From: a virus
Taxonomy: Duplodnaviria; Caudoviricetes
Length of the DNA stretch: 26,042 bases
Reading direction: 5' to 3' (one strand)
Virus record (IMG/VR): IMGVR_UViG_3300048032_000309
Location: 1 to 26,042 of that record
Part shown: one piece after another, positions 8,001 to 16,322 of the stretch
Layout of the letters: every line of letters starts with the position of its first letter
Numbering within the stretch: position 1 is the stretch's first letter
Notes under the pieces: model-generated
What the model was told of the DNA's origin: nothing
Databases searched by the model: none
Seen by the model: only the letters and a program-made list of their open reading frames with translations
Program-made: the position numbers and the translations under genes

Positions 8001-10891
8001 GCATTATAAGTTGCAGTATCGTTCATATCATATGTTGGGTACGCTACATCTGTGGAAACTTTTTCGATTACGATTGCAGAAAAACTTTCTGAACGATTAG
8101 GTTCACCTGCGTGTACAAATAAGTCGTAATTGTCACTAGGAATGTCGGTATAGAGACTATTAGATAAACTTGAATTTTCAGATGATAGTTTAAAGTTATT
8201 AACGAACCCACCTAGCTTTGAACCTAATTTAAATTCATATTGTTCACGCTGTGCTGTGATAGCAGATGTACTAAACCCTTCACGTACATGATAATATGAA
8301 ATTATATTATCTACTTGTGTCGCATAGGTATCCAATACTTCAAACGGCTTAGTCAAAATCATTAGTAAGAATTCTACAAAAGCATATTCACTACTACGTC
8401 TCCATGCCATTTCAACAGGAGATCCGTCTCCGAATTCCCAGTCTTGATCCATAGTTGAAATTTCTGCTGTTGTAATTGCGCCACCAAAAAACAAATCGTT
8501 CATAGTAGCAATTTGTCCGTAGCTATCTACTGGTACTGGCCAGTCTTTGTCGTATGCGGCTTTTAGATTTTCCCAAAAAGAAATCTGTGTATAATTAGTG
8601 CCATGTACATCAAAATTATCTGGTTTCTGTGATAGACCAACTGTTACCCACGGTTCAACTACTGGGTTGTCTGTGCCATATACATATTGTAAAATGCCGC
8701 GCCAATGTCCAGGTGATTGATCGTTGATAGAACGATAGTTCCATGTCTTCCAGTTGTCTGGGTCGAATGTATCATTATATAGATTATCGATATTATTTCT
8801 AATCATCCACTTCTTAAAGAATGGATACTGTATATATTTTTTCTCTGCAATTGAATATTCAATTGTTGCATCACGGTATATACCGTAGTCGAAATGCTTA
8901 ATCGCATCGTCTGATGTAGAAGATGCAATTCTATTATATACAAGAGTTTCGAATTCTAGTAGAATATCATCTGTTCTATCGCCCCACGCTGGTGTTACAG
9001 AACCATCATGTCCTATAATCATTTCAGTTGTCGGGATGTATTCGATGTCAGTTACACGTCTTGGAACATATAATGCATTGATATCCAACTTAGTTGAACT
9101 AGGAGGAATAAATGTTTCAGAGATTTTTTCAAAATATCTTATCTGTATCTCATCATCTGTTTGTGCTGTATATTCAACAAAAACAATTTCACTGCCTTGA
9201 AGTTCATAATCTGTGATATTCTTTTGTAGAACGCCATTAAGATACACAGAAAGTTTTTCTGTATCAATAACATCTGCAATCATATCATCTGGTATCGGCT
9301 GAAAGCGAGACCCAACAACAATATTAATATCACCTAATGTATAGTGACTTAGTGCATCGCCAAAATTAATCATATTAGTTCCGTCAAATACACTAATACT
9401 TGAACGCTTTGCTAATGAGATTTCTTTGATCGCTTGTTCTAAAATTTCAGTAGTTGTTTTCGTATCACTACTAGTGTCTTCTAGTATACCTCTTACAACT
9501 GTTACTAATTTATTTTTATAATTGCTATATGCCGATGACAAGAATTCAACAGACTTAACTGGATCATAATCATCGCGTGTTACTGCAAAGTATGCTTTCT
9601 TAATATCAACAGAATTACGAACTAACACACTGCCCAAATTATTGAAGCGTGTCTTATCAGTATTATCGCCAATATGTCTAAAGTTGTTTACGCCATTAGC
9701 TTCGCCAGTTAACCCATCCGTTGTTTCAATCAGTCTAATCATATGTTCGTAAACTGTTGAATACGTCATCTCTTTAAGATTGTGATATTCATTATCTGTG
9801 TTATACTCAATCGATGGGTCAACACGTTGCCACACAAAGTCACCATCTACTACAACATTATCCTCTGTAGCATAATCAATATACACATACCCTTCAACTG
9901 CATTATCAAATTCAATTGCACTGTTTGAATAGGTATAGTTACCAAGTTGTTTAATGCCATCTACATACACATCAATATCGTTTTCACTCATCGGCGCTTG
10001 TGTAAGCTCTACTCGTTCCACAGATCCGGTACCAACTTCATGTCTTAGATTTCTGTAATTAAATTCACATTCTACATACATAGGCTTAGAATAGTTTACA
10101 CCAACCGGCAAGTCAATTCTAAAATTAAATTCACTGTTATAATCACCTGCTTTTAATTTTGCATTAAGACCAAGTTCAATATCAAGTGGGTGTAAGTCAC
10201 TAGTGACATATTCGAAAATACTATAATTGTTTCCATCATCTGCTACAAATTTTGGTGCAACCCATACGTCATCTGTTACACCATTTGCTAATTCAACGTT
10301 AGCACCGAATTCAATAATAGGGCGTTTTGCCTGTTCGATATATTGTTTATTCTCACTTGTGATAAACTCACGAATATCATCATAGTGATACCACGCATTG
10401 TTATCACTCCACCAGTTACTGGTTGCCGCTTTATCAATTGTAACATAATGTTTATGTATACTATCTTGTGTTCCGTCTGTAAAAAACCCAGGACTTACCC
10501 AATAATATAAACTCCAGTTTGCAAACTTGTCTGCATCAATCGGTAAATTCACTGTAAAAGATTTTGACTTAAACAATCTTCTATGGTCGTTTGTCAGCAT
10601 GCCTTTATTAAACATTGCATTCAGCAAGTCATCATAGTACACATTGTCATTTATATTAGTATTTGAGAATACAGGTTCTAGTCCGTAATTGTCACGCTGA
10701 AACAAATGTTCAGGGAATGACATATAAACATCTTTGTCACTATAAATACCTTTCTCTTTTCTACCAAGGAATGCTTTTTCTTTTTGCATCGATCCTTTAG
10801 AAAACGCACGTTCTAGTGTAGCATCAAAGATACTTTCTAGTTCACTATTGCGTAAGTGTGCTGGGAGAAAGTTATATATTTTATTCGCCAT
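2021..10891 (-). CDS. Giant baseplate wedge / virion structural protein (2956 aa; gp7-like position)
   Basis: Directly follows the gp6-like gene (TAA-TA-ATG). Motifs 'FANWSLYYW', 'AKRPIIEF', 'WKTWNY...PGHWRG', 'WEFGDGSPVEMAWRRSS' and 'YVMETKPYHTKIR' are of the type seen in huge-phage baseplate proteins. Has internal Ig-like and IN-motif-like repeats. Confidence 0.75.
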   Translation of the reverse strand: MANKIYNFLPAHLRNSELESIFDATLERAFSKGSMQKEKAFLGRKEKGIYSDKDVYMSFPEHLFQRDNYGLEPVFSNTNINDNVYYDDLLNAMFNKGMLTNDHRRLFKSKSFTVNLPIDADKFANWSLYYWVSPGFFTDGTQDSIHKHYVTIDKAATSNWWSDNNAWYHYDDIREFITSENKQYIEQAKRPIIEFGANVELANGVTDDVWVAPKFVADDGNNYSIFEYVTSDLHPLDIELGLNAKLKAGDYNSEFNFRIDLPVGVNYSKPMYVECEFNYRNLRHEVGTGSVERVELTQAPMSENDIDVYVDGIKQLGNYTYSNSAIEFDNAVEGYVYIDYATEDNVVVDGDFVWQRVDPSIEYNTDNEYHNLKEMTYSTVYEHMIRLIETTDGLTGEANGVNNFRHIGDNTDKTRFNNLGSVLVRNSVDIKKAYFAVTRDDYDPVKSVEFLSSAYSNYKNKLVTVVRGILEDTSSDTKTTTEILEQAIKEISLAKRSSISVFDGTNMINFGDALSHYTLGDINIVVGSRFQPIPDDMIADVIDTEKLSVYLNGVLQKNITDYELQGSEIVFVEYTAQTDDEIQIRYFEKISETFIPPSSTKLDINALYVPRRVTDIEYIPTTEMIIGHDGSVTPAWGDRTDDILLEFETLVYNRIASSTSDDAIKHFDYGIYRDATIEYSIAEKKYIQYPFFKKWMIRNNIDNLYNDTFDPDNWKTWNYRSINDQSPGHWRGILQYVYGTDNPVVEPWVTVGLSQKPDNFDVHGTNYTQISFWENLKAAYDKDWPVPVDSYGQIATMNDLFFGGAITTAEISTMDQDWEFGDGSPVEMAWRRSSEYAFVEFLLMILTKPFEVLDTYATQVDNIISYYHVREGFSTSAITAQREQYEFKLGSKLGGFVNNFKLSSENSSLSNSLYTDIPSDNYDLFVHAGEPNRSESFSAIVIEKVSTDVAYPTYDMNDTATYNAGDIVLNPYDHKYYKRKTTGESAKETANSIKFDYTMWTLISQPKIREFGYRIHGYDDYNPMFFTLDWDKTSKKKVWSTDGDQANINVWSSGEYYRQDSYTVYNNKPYVSLVNHTASSLFDDDIKNWKLLPEWPRVNKVEANGYSETLLDQIKSYNYGDILNTRDEVAQLMVGYQSYLKAIGWDFTDVDEDNRVVDFERLLEKFLDWSAEVHQPGDFITLTPILLSGSFEAPYGVATIGRETNKNYYRVVDENGRQLPDTEITFNSDGSKITWESTTPVYGIKLDVADIEQAFVVDRVDSYGDVIYDPFSHNRNLRMIVDCNRTTDWDGTLAADGYIVYENELVPNLETMVSETRYYRDTIVDQSLKNINNLKSNQIGYSPRTYLTNHGVERESQLEFYRGFIANKSTVSSINKIINFNSNFEDLKHRDMWAIKIADYGKLDNNLSVSSTINTVDIVSDPHVVHFNMDNKIPTVEFGKRVSIKTAGYVDPSDVNYVVQDSDTLVTSTLPYYEGDLAWVRFDSERDWDVKRLSEVAEINFISETSDGQLKISLTNEVNTSETVYLKIINGNVDPEIQGNYYLVSDGTRVSNGITIYEYLVFDQTYEPLIVEIDTTTDNSVYIPTSGSIGVEAIGYVSNPTILSGDTLVIDGEIFTYVPGSGSTSAGISIGGNTATADPIVSEGEQVRIVVYGDDGLIANTNTLVTFSGTNATATQTVASLAGDKIDINGETVTIDYSASQSIRAESTATSTTDIDTGKELDISSNGNNDTVTVRDIQVFGSIANPTITETKQIRINGVTVNFDVPSTPADETETFSAIAAQTDFTITQQTLSPTTWSVASVTVDSVATTDFTVVGQVVTINTPAMAGSESVEITLAHNAVVLDAQNIIDEINSSGAPVTATINSFSFVVVTSSTAQLTMTGNALLDIGFGSSSIIKSKLANIADDLNSITYLDSYVSGDILIIETDADELTLSGSAFNDLGFPSNTYETNSNPTASSVAQQINSLNIPNITASVVVGKLKISSSASNILIEENSSTPGSMLRLGFVQTSVEVDSIDSIITDLNTALSGLPGTIAQKFDRRVLITSDESSVVLSDITGNAWNDLGIAVGTYSNTNTLSSSAAEFKEQINDASDNVTVNISSDGRMIFTSENNTMTFSGTTQTMLDKIGLSNEYTSVTSNADFKVMRWKSVRFTPRFNGDDFDEFYAELGLNDASLIWTDEYLNLGWAVLKRDEYGALNILNRRSKPVNTDYVNRIVAKSGDEFYDYQLFDPINFKIAGSIAKDIDYVDWNDPAKYDVTLNSDLWLSQSLGKIWWDTNLTRYYRYDDYGDANGNIDINYAKRFWGKIVPGSEVVVKQWVTSEKLPDGVSQFNTETYFDSIKNKTVTKYYYWIATGDEARYTKEFSVEEISMMIASPTTVNKFFPVDGDTVIVSNNANILTSDTITYSIEYNIDNNRETRHTDWELVSRKSSAPMEDVFLQDLKNSIANSEISHYEQFEVSATAITPTGVVFTYDWIGDNSLTHNDIVVTVNNVIVSDNDFVIDINEVTILTSVDILEDDVVRIYHVSAYDSWFANITEARDNFASSILSTLSKRMIATDFPMYKDYIVLDHGIFATNDWHYAEEYETIETFEYLSRTRNIDMIALYKSGVSSFKVELPDVDEYYFPVDGEIRLVHKTNSVLDLDFSITELTANQVSVQLHELMNMIYEYAEVSEIKSVFFDMIEYMYTERTHPDWIFKTSYIDLTMFNKSLRQYAIYQRDTYQDTIDYVMETKPYHTKIRKTERIYPTDETADLTVDALHHMRITKFFGEHSRFELNGIDGGDEEVTDTSLFEPLVDGEYLGGKFLRNDIEYTYSADGFDTGEFSASARDASIVTVDTFTDETRTTLDKKEFYVYDKFGRGYHIPVTDTGTISSFDGETLVVDQASKFKAAKSKTIRLVAVEDINGNVEFMVYDSKSTNNLRISERGLYNGVATSVDNGNTIYVLGSPDQIYSHGDT
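4505..5365 (-). repeat. About five degenerate ~50-60-aa protein repeats within the giant ORF (A/I-x3-IN...A...L-x-I-x-S...L-x2-LGF), flagellin/hook 'IN motif'-like
   Basis: Units: AQNIIDEINSSGAPVTA...LLDIGF; ANIADDLNSITYLDS...FNDLGF; ASSVAQQINSLNIPNITA...MLRLGF; DSIITDLNTALSGL...WNDLGI; AAEFKEQINDASDNVTV...MLDKIGL. Coordinates are approximate. Confidence 0.6.
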
Positions 10892-10893
10892 TA

Positions 10894-13800
10894 TTATTCA
10901 CCTGTTAATTCATTGTCTGCGATTGATGAAATTATTTTTACATCTTTTGATGTTACTACGCTCAAGAAAATCTCATGCGGTTCACAATTAATACTTAGCA
11001 AGTTCTTGAAATCGTTTCCTGAATATTTTGGAGTAATCACAACACTTGAAATGTAATCTGAAAGTTCTTGGTGTAGATATGCTGCTAATTCTGAGAAATA
11101 GAATTGATCCCCAAAGTCCCAATTGTCTAAGTTAAAATATTCATTGACTTTTTTAGCAACTACACTTTTGATTTCACTGTTAGTATAAGCGGTTCCGCGT
11201 TTAGCAATAACTTTAAACACTGCTTGATTCTCTGCATCTGCATAATCACCAAATAACATTTTGAACTTAACTGGAATATAACTTACATGGTCACCAATTG
11301 CTGCTTTGTCTTCTATTGATTCCATAACCTTGCGAAGTTCAAAATTATTAGGAGATGCTGGGATAACATCACTGAATCCATTTGCAATCCACTCGTTAAT
11401 ATTTCTAACGTAATCTGATGTAAGAACATACATGTCAATAATATTACTTGTACTTGGATCTATACGTTTTTCTACATCGGCATAATGATCCCAACGGAAA
11501 CTCATAAACGTATCTTCGACATAACTACGGCCCATAACTACACGATAATGAACATCGTTATAATCGATTTCAGTCCCATCTTCATTAACTATTCCATATT
11601 CAAAACTAGTAGTCCATATACCTGAAATCTTACGCTTCCAAACATTTGTTTCTGGGTTATACCAAATAATAGCCGTAGACGGAAGTGCTTCAGTGTCATT
11701 TGCTGCAATAGCACGGCTTGATACTTTTTCGTAAACAACACCATCTTGTGTATAATCTTCAAGTATAATGTAAGATGCGACTTCGCCATCGAACACGTTA
11801 AGAATACCATGTGGGTCCTTTTCTGAGTCCATATGTATCACTTTAACCTTCGAATAATCTGTATAGCCTGCATCGGTAATAAATTTATCATATACGTAAC
11901 TTTGTACATCTTTGTATGATTGTACTTTTACATTAGTTCTATATGTAACATCAACTGCGGCTTCAACTTTAACTGTGAATATTGATAGGTCTGCGATACC
12001 CACTCCTGCAATACTCACATCAAGTAGTGTACCTTCACCAGGATCAAATGTCCAGAATGTAATTGTATATGTTGATGCATCTACTTCTAGATCCCAATGA
12101 TTTCTAGAAACAAATGTACCATTTGGCATCTGAATTAATATACCTTCTTCTGTTAATACTGTAGTAGAATTAAAAACGATTTTACCATACGCTAATTGTT
12201 TCCACTTAACGTCATTATCATTTAAGTCAATGCCCCAACCATCATTTCTTGGGAATTCAAAATCATACATGTTACCGTTGATTGTGGTAAAATACTCAGT
12301 CTGTACCCCAATCATTGGATGCGATGCAGTGTCAATTGTTTCACTTTCTGGAAGCTCGTTTTGGTCTACCCAAATAAAGTTTGAACTGTCACTTGCATCT
12401 GAAAAATATGATGAGCTAGGAGTTCCTTTAAATCCAGTATCAAGCAAATCTGCTGAACTCAATGTTACAGTAGAGGACGTTGATGCAACATTTGCAGCAT
12501 CTGACGTTTCGACATTAACTGCTAGTGCAGGGTAAACATACTCATCACTTTCTACAACATCTACATCATTTTCTACTACACTAGATTCACCGACAAACCC
12601 AGACGTATCTCCGATATCAAATGAGATTACATACTGCGGATCTTCTCCGATTATTGGTACATCACCATTTATATCTAATTCAGGAGTTACCGGATATTCA
12701 ATGCCCAATGGAGATACCAAATAATGCTGTGTACTTCTATGTACAATTTGTCCTGGGTGTCCGTTGATAAATTCTAAAGTCTCATTTGCGCCAGTGTACT
12801 GATATACCGCATCAAATGTTGCCCCGTTGCCATCTTGTATATAGTTAGTAATTGGCGCGTGTCCGATTGTAACGATATCTTGTTGCACATTTTCTACTGC
12901 AACTGAATCAGCTTGCACATCATAATAGTTAATTAGAAGCTGATCACGTTCTGCTAAATTAGTTTCATTGTCAACCACCATTTCATTATTACCATAATAG
13001 AATTTAACTTGGTCGTTACTTTCAAATACAATACTTTTACCAGTGAAACTTACTGAATATTCAGCTTCATTATCTCTGATACCTGGATTATATTTCAGTT
13101 CTAAAAATACATCTGTTCCCGGAACGAGTGTAGTTACCTCATCATGTACTTTCCAACCCCACTTTACTCCATCAAATACATATTTGATAATAAATGATGA
13201 CACTGAAAGGTCTTCAATCTTTTGAGATTTAATACTTGCAATTTCTGTATCTTCAAAACGTGTTCTATAACCTCTAACAATAGCTTCTATCTGACCAGAT
13301 AGTTCTGGTATAATGTCTGTAACTTCAAAGTTGTCAAAGTTTGATACTGGTGCGGTTGCACTATAATTCATACGTGTCCAATATTCTGTTTCACTGTCTC
13401 CTACAAGTTTAACAAAGTCACCAGAACGTATACCATTAACCATAGTAACACGAGGCACAATAACTTTAGGATCAGTCGGATCAATATCAAATGCTTCTGG
13501 CGCTAAAGTTAAATCAATAACTGCATCAGTGTTTGTTTTGTTTACAGAATAAAAAAGATTTACTAAACTTGGATGACGGATTGCTTTTGAAATTTCGTTT
13601 CTAATAAAATCAGTAGCATTGCCATTTTGTCTATTAAAACGTAAGTTCATCGTAACTGCATCATCGTCCATATATACAGAACCGTCTGTGCCAGTAATAC
13701 TAATATTAGAATGATGTCCTGTTACATCGTCCATTTCAAAGTAGCGTGAGTTACCTGCATATGTTGTGTTTACTGATTTTACTTTTGATACGATATTTGA

Positions 13801-15132
13801 ACCAAGTGATAGTGGCAGAACATTATAGTCTTGTGCGTTCACCATTCTATCTTGTGCATAATATGAGCGAGGTGCAATACGTCTTACACTTGTATAAGAC
13901 TCTGCTGCAAAGTTTTCTGAGAAATCACGTGTTGATGATAATGTAAGAACTAATCTATAATTCTTTTTGTCTGCGCCTGTATATGGAATAGAAATTGTTT
14001 TTTCTTTAACATCGTTTCTATCTACTCTATAGTTTTCATTATCTGCTGCACGATACCAAACGCGATAGTTACCACTTGCTGCATTACCAAATACACCATC
14101 GCCATAATGCAATTCAATCGCATTGTTATTGATTGTATTTACGCTTACGATATCACCGTTACCGTTACGAAGTGAGTTATAAATTGCTGTTTCTCTTGTG
14201 TCGTTATCTACCTTAGTTACACTAGATGAATATGTGTTTGTATTATCTACTCGTTGTACCCAAACATCAGTGTTCGAAATATTATTAGTCGCAACTGTTT
14301 CAATAAGATTTGAGATTTTTGTACTATATGAAAAGTTTTCAAACTGTAGAGTACCTGTCTTTGCATATACAAAGAAGCCGGTTCTATCACTTGCTGGGCC
14401 TAGTTTATCATTTCTGTTTACAATTGTAAACTTCTTTGTTTCAATTGGTTCTGCTTCAAGAATTTTGTCATCTGTAAATTCAGTACGCACTGCTTCAAAT
14501 CTTCTATTCTTACCAGCTACTGGAGCTTCAAAAGCGAATGATACTGCACGTGATGCATCTGTTTCATTAAGTTCATAAAGATAATTCTCAACACCAGCAA
14601 CTACCATACTTGCCATTGGGTCTTGAATTTTTGATGATGTAGTAAGTGCAGCATTGATAACATCAATAAAGTTTTCATACCAATCGGTATTATTAGAGTC
14701 ATTCCAATTGATTGTACGATTAGCTAGAGAGTTGCCTTCGTTATCTGCAATTGGTTGGTCTGTTGTAATACTTGTAATTTTTAAGAAACCACGTGCGTTT
14801 GTAGGACGTGTCTTATTATATCCTAACGTCTTAGCCATACGTAGAACACTTTCACGGCGCTCCGCAGTATCTAAGAAGTTTTCACGTGTGTTCATATCAA
14901 GTCTAAATGACAATGAATGTCCTAGATATGCAACTAAATCTAAAATTGCAATAAATTCTGAACTTGCTATAAAGTCATTAAACTTGTCTGGGTACGTTGT
15001 TGCAACGTAATCAACTAATGCGGCTCTGATTGTATCAAAGTCGTATGCTTTTAAACTTACATTTGTAAACGCTGTATAAACTGCTGTCCAGCTTTCACTT
15101 GCAAATAAATTGTCAACTCTTTCTTGACTCAT
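10894..15132 (-). CDS. gp6: Baseplate wedge protein, T4 gp6-like / baseplate-J family (1412 aa)
   Basis: N-terminal 'YDFDTIRAALVDY...FNDFIASSEFIAILDLVAYLG...ENFLDTAERRESVLRMAKTLGY', then 'YGDGVFG' and 'ESYTSVRRIAPRSYYAQDRMVNAQDY', all hallmark gp6 motifs. Sits immediately downstream of the gp25-like gene. Confidence 0.85.
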   Translation of the reverse strand: MSQERVDNLFASESWTAVYTAFTNVSLKAYDFDTIRAALVDYVATTYPDKFNDFIASSEFIAILDLVAYLGHSLSFRLDMNTRENFLDTAERRESVLRMAKTLGYNKTRPTNARGFLKITSITTDQPIADNEGNSLANRTINWNDSNNTDWYENFIDVINAALTTSSKIQDPMASMVVAGVENYLYELNETDASRAVSFAFEAPVAGKNRRFEAVRTEFTDDKILEAEPIETKKFTIVNRNDKLGPASDRTGFFVYAKTGTLQFENFSYSTKISNLIETVATNNISNTDVWVQRVDNTNTYSSSVTKVDNDTRETAIYNSLRNGNGDIVSVNTINNNAIELHYGDGVFGNAASGNYRVWYRAADNENYRVDRNDVKEKTISIPYTGADKKNYRLVLTLSSTRDFSENFAAESYTSVRRIAPRSYYAQDRMVNAQDYNVLPLSLGSNIVSKVKSVNTTYAGNSRYFEMDDVTGHHSNISITGTDGSVYMDDDAVTMNLRFNRQNGNATDFIRNEISKAIRHPSLVNLFYSVNKTNTDAVIDLTLAPEAFDIDPTDPKVIVPRVTMVNGIRSGDFVKLVGDSETEYWTRMNYSATAPVSNFDNFEVTDIIPELSGQIEAIVRGYRTRFEDTEIASIKSQKIEDLSVSSFIIKYVFDGVKWGWKVHDEVTTLVPGTDVFLELKYNPGIRDNEAEYSVSFTGKSIVFESNDQVKFYYGNNEMVVDNETNLAERDQLLINYYDVQADSVAVENVQQDIVTIGHAPITNYIQDGNGATFDAVYQYTGANETLEFINGHPGQIVHRSTQHYLVSPLGIEYPVTPELDINGDVPIIGEDPQYVISFDIGDTSGFVGESSVVENDVDVVESDEYVYPALAVNVETSDAANVASTSSTVTLSSADLLDTGFKGTPSSSYFSDASDSSNFIWVDQNELPESETIDTASHPMIGVQTEYFTTINGNMYDFEFPRNDGWGIDLNDNDVKWKQLAYGKIVFNSTTVLTEEGILIQMPNGTFVSRNHWDLEVDASTYTITFWTFDPGEGTLLDVSIAGVGIADLSIFTVKVEAAVDVTYRTNVKVQSYKDVQSYVYDKFITDAGYTDYSKVKVIHMDSEKDPHGILNVFDGEVASYIILEDYTQDGVVYEKVSSRAIAANDTEALPSTAIIWYNPETNVWKRKISGIWTTSFEYGIVNEDGTEIDYNDVHYRVVMGRSYVEDTFMSFRWDHYADVEKRIDPSTSNIIDMYVLTSDYVRNINEWIANGFSDVIPASPNNFELRKVMESIEDKAAIGDHVSYIPVKFKMLFGDYADAENQAVFKVIAKRGTAYTNSEIKSVVAKKVNEYFNLDNWDFGDQFYFSELAAYLHQELSDYISSVVITPKYSGNDFKNLLSINCEPHEIFLSVVTSKDVKIISSIADNELTGE

Positions 15133-15133
15133 G

Positions 15134-15496
15134 TTATTCTCTCTCTAAATCTATTTGTAGGATCACAGGTTCATCTTCGTTTACGATTGATACTGTAAGT
15201 TCTACGTTTATGGTATGGTCTGTATCTGATATATCAATGTTTTCTAAGTTGACTCTAGGGTCTTCATCGATAATTGCTGTAATATCTTCTTCAATAATAT
15301 CTTTGATTTCAGGAGTTAACGGTTCAAATATTAGTTCATGGATGATACTACCGTATGTAGGCATCATTATACGCTCACCTTTACGAGTCATGATGTGGTT
15401 CATCAAGTCTTCAATAACAAGGTCTTTGCCAGTTAAGACATGATTAATAGCATTTTTATTCTTTGTGCTAAAACCTGAAAATCTAATATTGTTCAT
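15134..15496 (-). CDS. gp25: Baseplate wedge subunit, gp25/GPW family (about 120 aa)
   Basis: 'DLMNHIMTRKGERIMMPTYGSIIHELIFEP...IIDEDPRV' is the gp25 signature. I moved the start to ATG at 15496, preceded by an AGAGAGAA RBS, rather than the track's 15520. Confidence 0.9.
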   Translation of the reverse strand: MNNIRFSGFSTKNKNAINHVLTGKDLVIEDLMNHIMTRKGERIMMPTYGSIIHELIFEPLTPEIKDIIEEDITAIIDEDPRVNLENIDISDTDHTINVELTVSIVNEDEPVILQIDLERE

Positions 15497-15527
15497 GTTA
15501 TTCTCTCTGTAGTTATTCAATTAAGAG

Positions 15528-15535
15528 TATTTATC
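15528..15535 (-). promoter_or_regulatory. Putative late promoter GATAAATA for the gp25-gp6-giant wedge operon
   Basis: Plus-strand gtatttatc, 32 nt upstream of the gp25 ATG. Part of a 27-bp element shared with 24234-24260. Confidence 0.65.
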
Positions 15536-15552
15536 AACGTATAAACTACGAA

Positions 15553-15560
15553 CATAAATA
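15553..15560 (+). promoter_or_regulatory. Possible late-type promoter CATAAATA directly before a probably leaderless gene
   Basis: CATAAATA ends 5 nt before ATG 15566. No SD-like sequence is visible upstream. Confidence 0.45.
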
Positions 15561-15565
15561 TACAC

Positions 15566-16270
15566 ATGAATATTGGGATATTAGGGTCAAGTTTTTCAGT
15601 AGGATGCCATCACAATTTAGAGACAGGAGAAAACAATCTTGCAGCTCCGTTCGAGTCATGGTTAGAGAAATATCTACCTGAACATGTGTACTATAATAGT
15701 GCATGTTCTGGTAAAGGAACTGAATTATATCTAGACAAGATTGTATACCTCAAAGAAAGGCACAACGTAGAATTGATCTTAATAGAGTTAGTTAATAATC
15801 GTTCTATGCTTAATGTTAAATCGCAAAATTATGACTTGACAAATATATCAAATGATGTATATAAGAATAGCGCATCTATTTGGGAATATGTACGAGGTAT
15901 TACACAACCAATTGACTATAAAACTTTTGGCTCTAACAGAGAATTTGATATATGGAAGAGGGTACAAGAGCATATCGCATATAATGAAAATGCATTTGAG
16001 TTTTGGGGTATACTAGATTGTCAACAAGCAATAAAGCTATGTGATATGTTAGGCATTCGAGTTGTTACATGGCAAAAGTCATTTGATTTTAGAGAACACA
16101 TTGAAATCGATGTTAAATTCGATGAATACCCAAATGCACATGAGTATTATATAAGTAGATATAGTGAAGCAGAAATTCTATGCGACCATGTACACTTCAA
16201 TGATAATACCAATGAAGAAGTGGTACGAGATTTCATAGTACCAGCGATAAAAAATAAAATTAACGCTTGA
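15566..16270 (+). CDS. SGNH/GDSL-hydrolase-like protein (234 aa)
   Basis: N-terminal 'IGILGSSFSVG' (block I, GDS-like Ser), 'YNSACSGKG' (block II Gly) and C-terminal 'DHVHFND' (DxxH block V). Confidence 0.6.
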   Translation: MNIGILGSSFSVGCHHNLETGENNLAAPFESWLEKYLPEHVYYNSACSGKGTELYLDKIVYLKERHNVELILIELVNNRSMLNVKSQNYDLTNISNDVYKNSASIWEYVRGITQPIDYKTFGSNREFDIWKRVQEHIAYNENAFEFWGILDCQQAIKLCDMLGIRVVTWQKSFDFREHIEIDVKFDEYPNAHEYYISRYSEAEILCDHVHFNDNTNEEVVRDFIVPAIKNKINA

Positions 16271-16295
16271 CAACTGAATAAATTACTACTATACT
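16267..16295 (+). promoter_or_regulatory. sigma70-type early promoter TTGACA-N17-TATACT
   Basis: TTGACA at 16267-16272, 17-nt spacer, TATACT at 16290-16295, AGGAGA RBS before ATG 16323. The -35 box contains the TGA stop of the upstream gene. Confidence 0.8.
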
Positions 16296-16322
16296 ATTAA
16301 CATACAGATTAGGAGACTCGAA

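Noticed and set aside
579-15443. Many plus-strand ORFs of 60-202 aa antisense to the structural genes (e.g. 4716..5147, 5196..5804, 14198..14578, 15099..15443)
   Set aside because: They are shadows of long minus-strand genes with biased codon usage. They are Ser/Val/Ile-rich with no recognisable motifs or clear RBS, and many have non-ATG starts.
15497-15520. Longer N-termini given by the ORF track for gp25 (15520) and the lysozyme-like gene (18024)
   Set aside because: These are non-ATG upstream starts. ATG 15496 has an RBS and fits the promoter position, and ATG 18003 gives a typical ATGA coupling.
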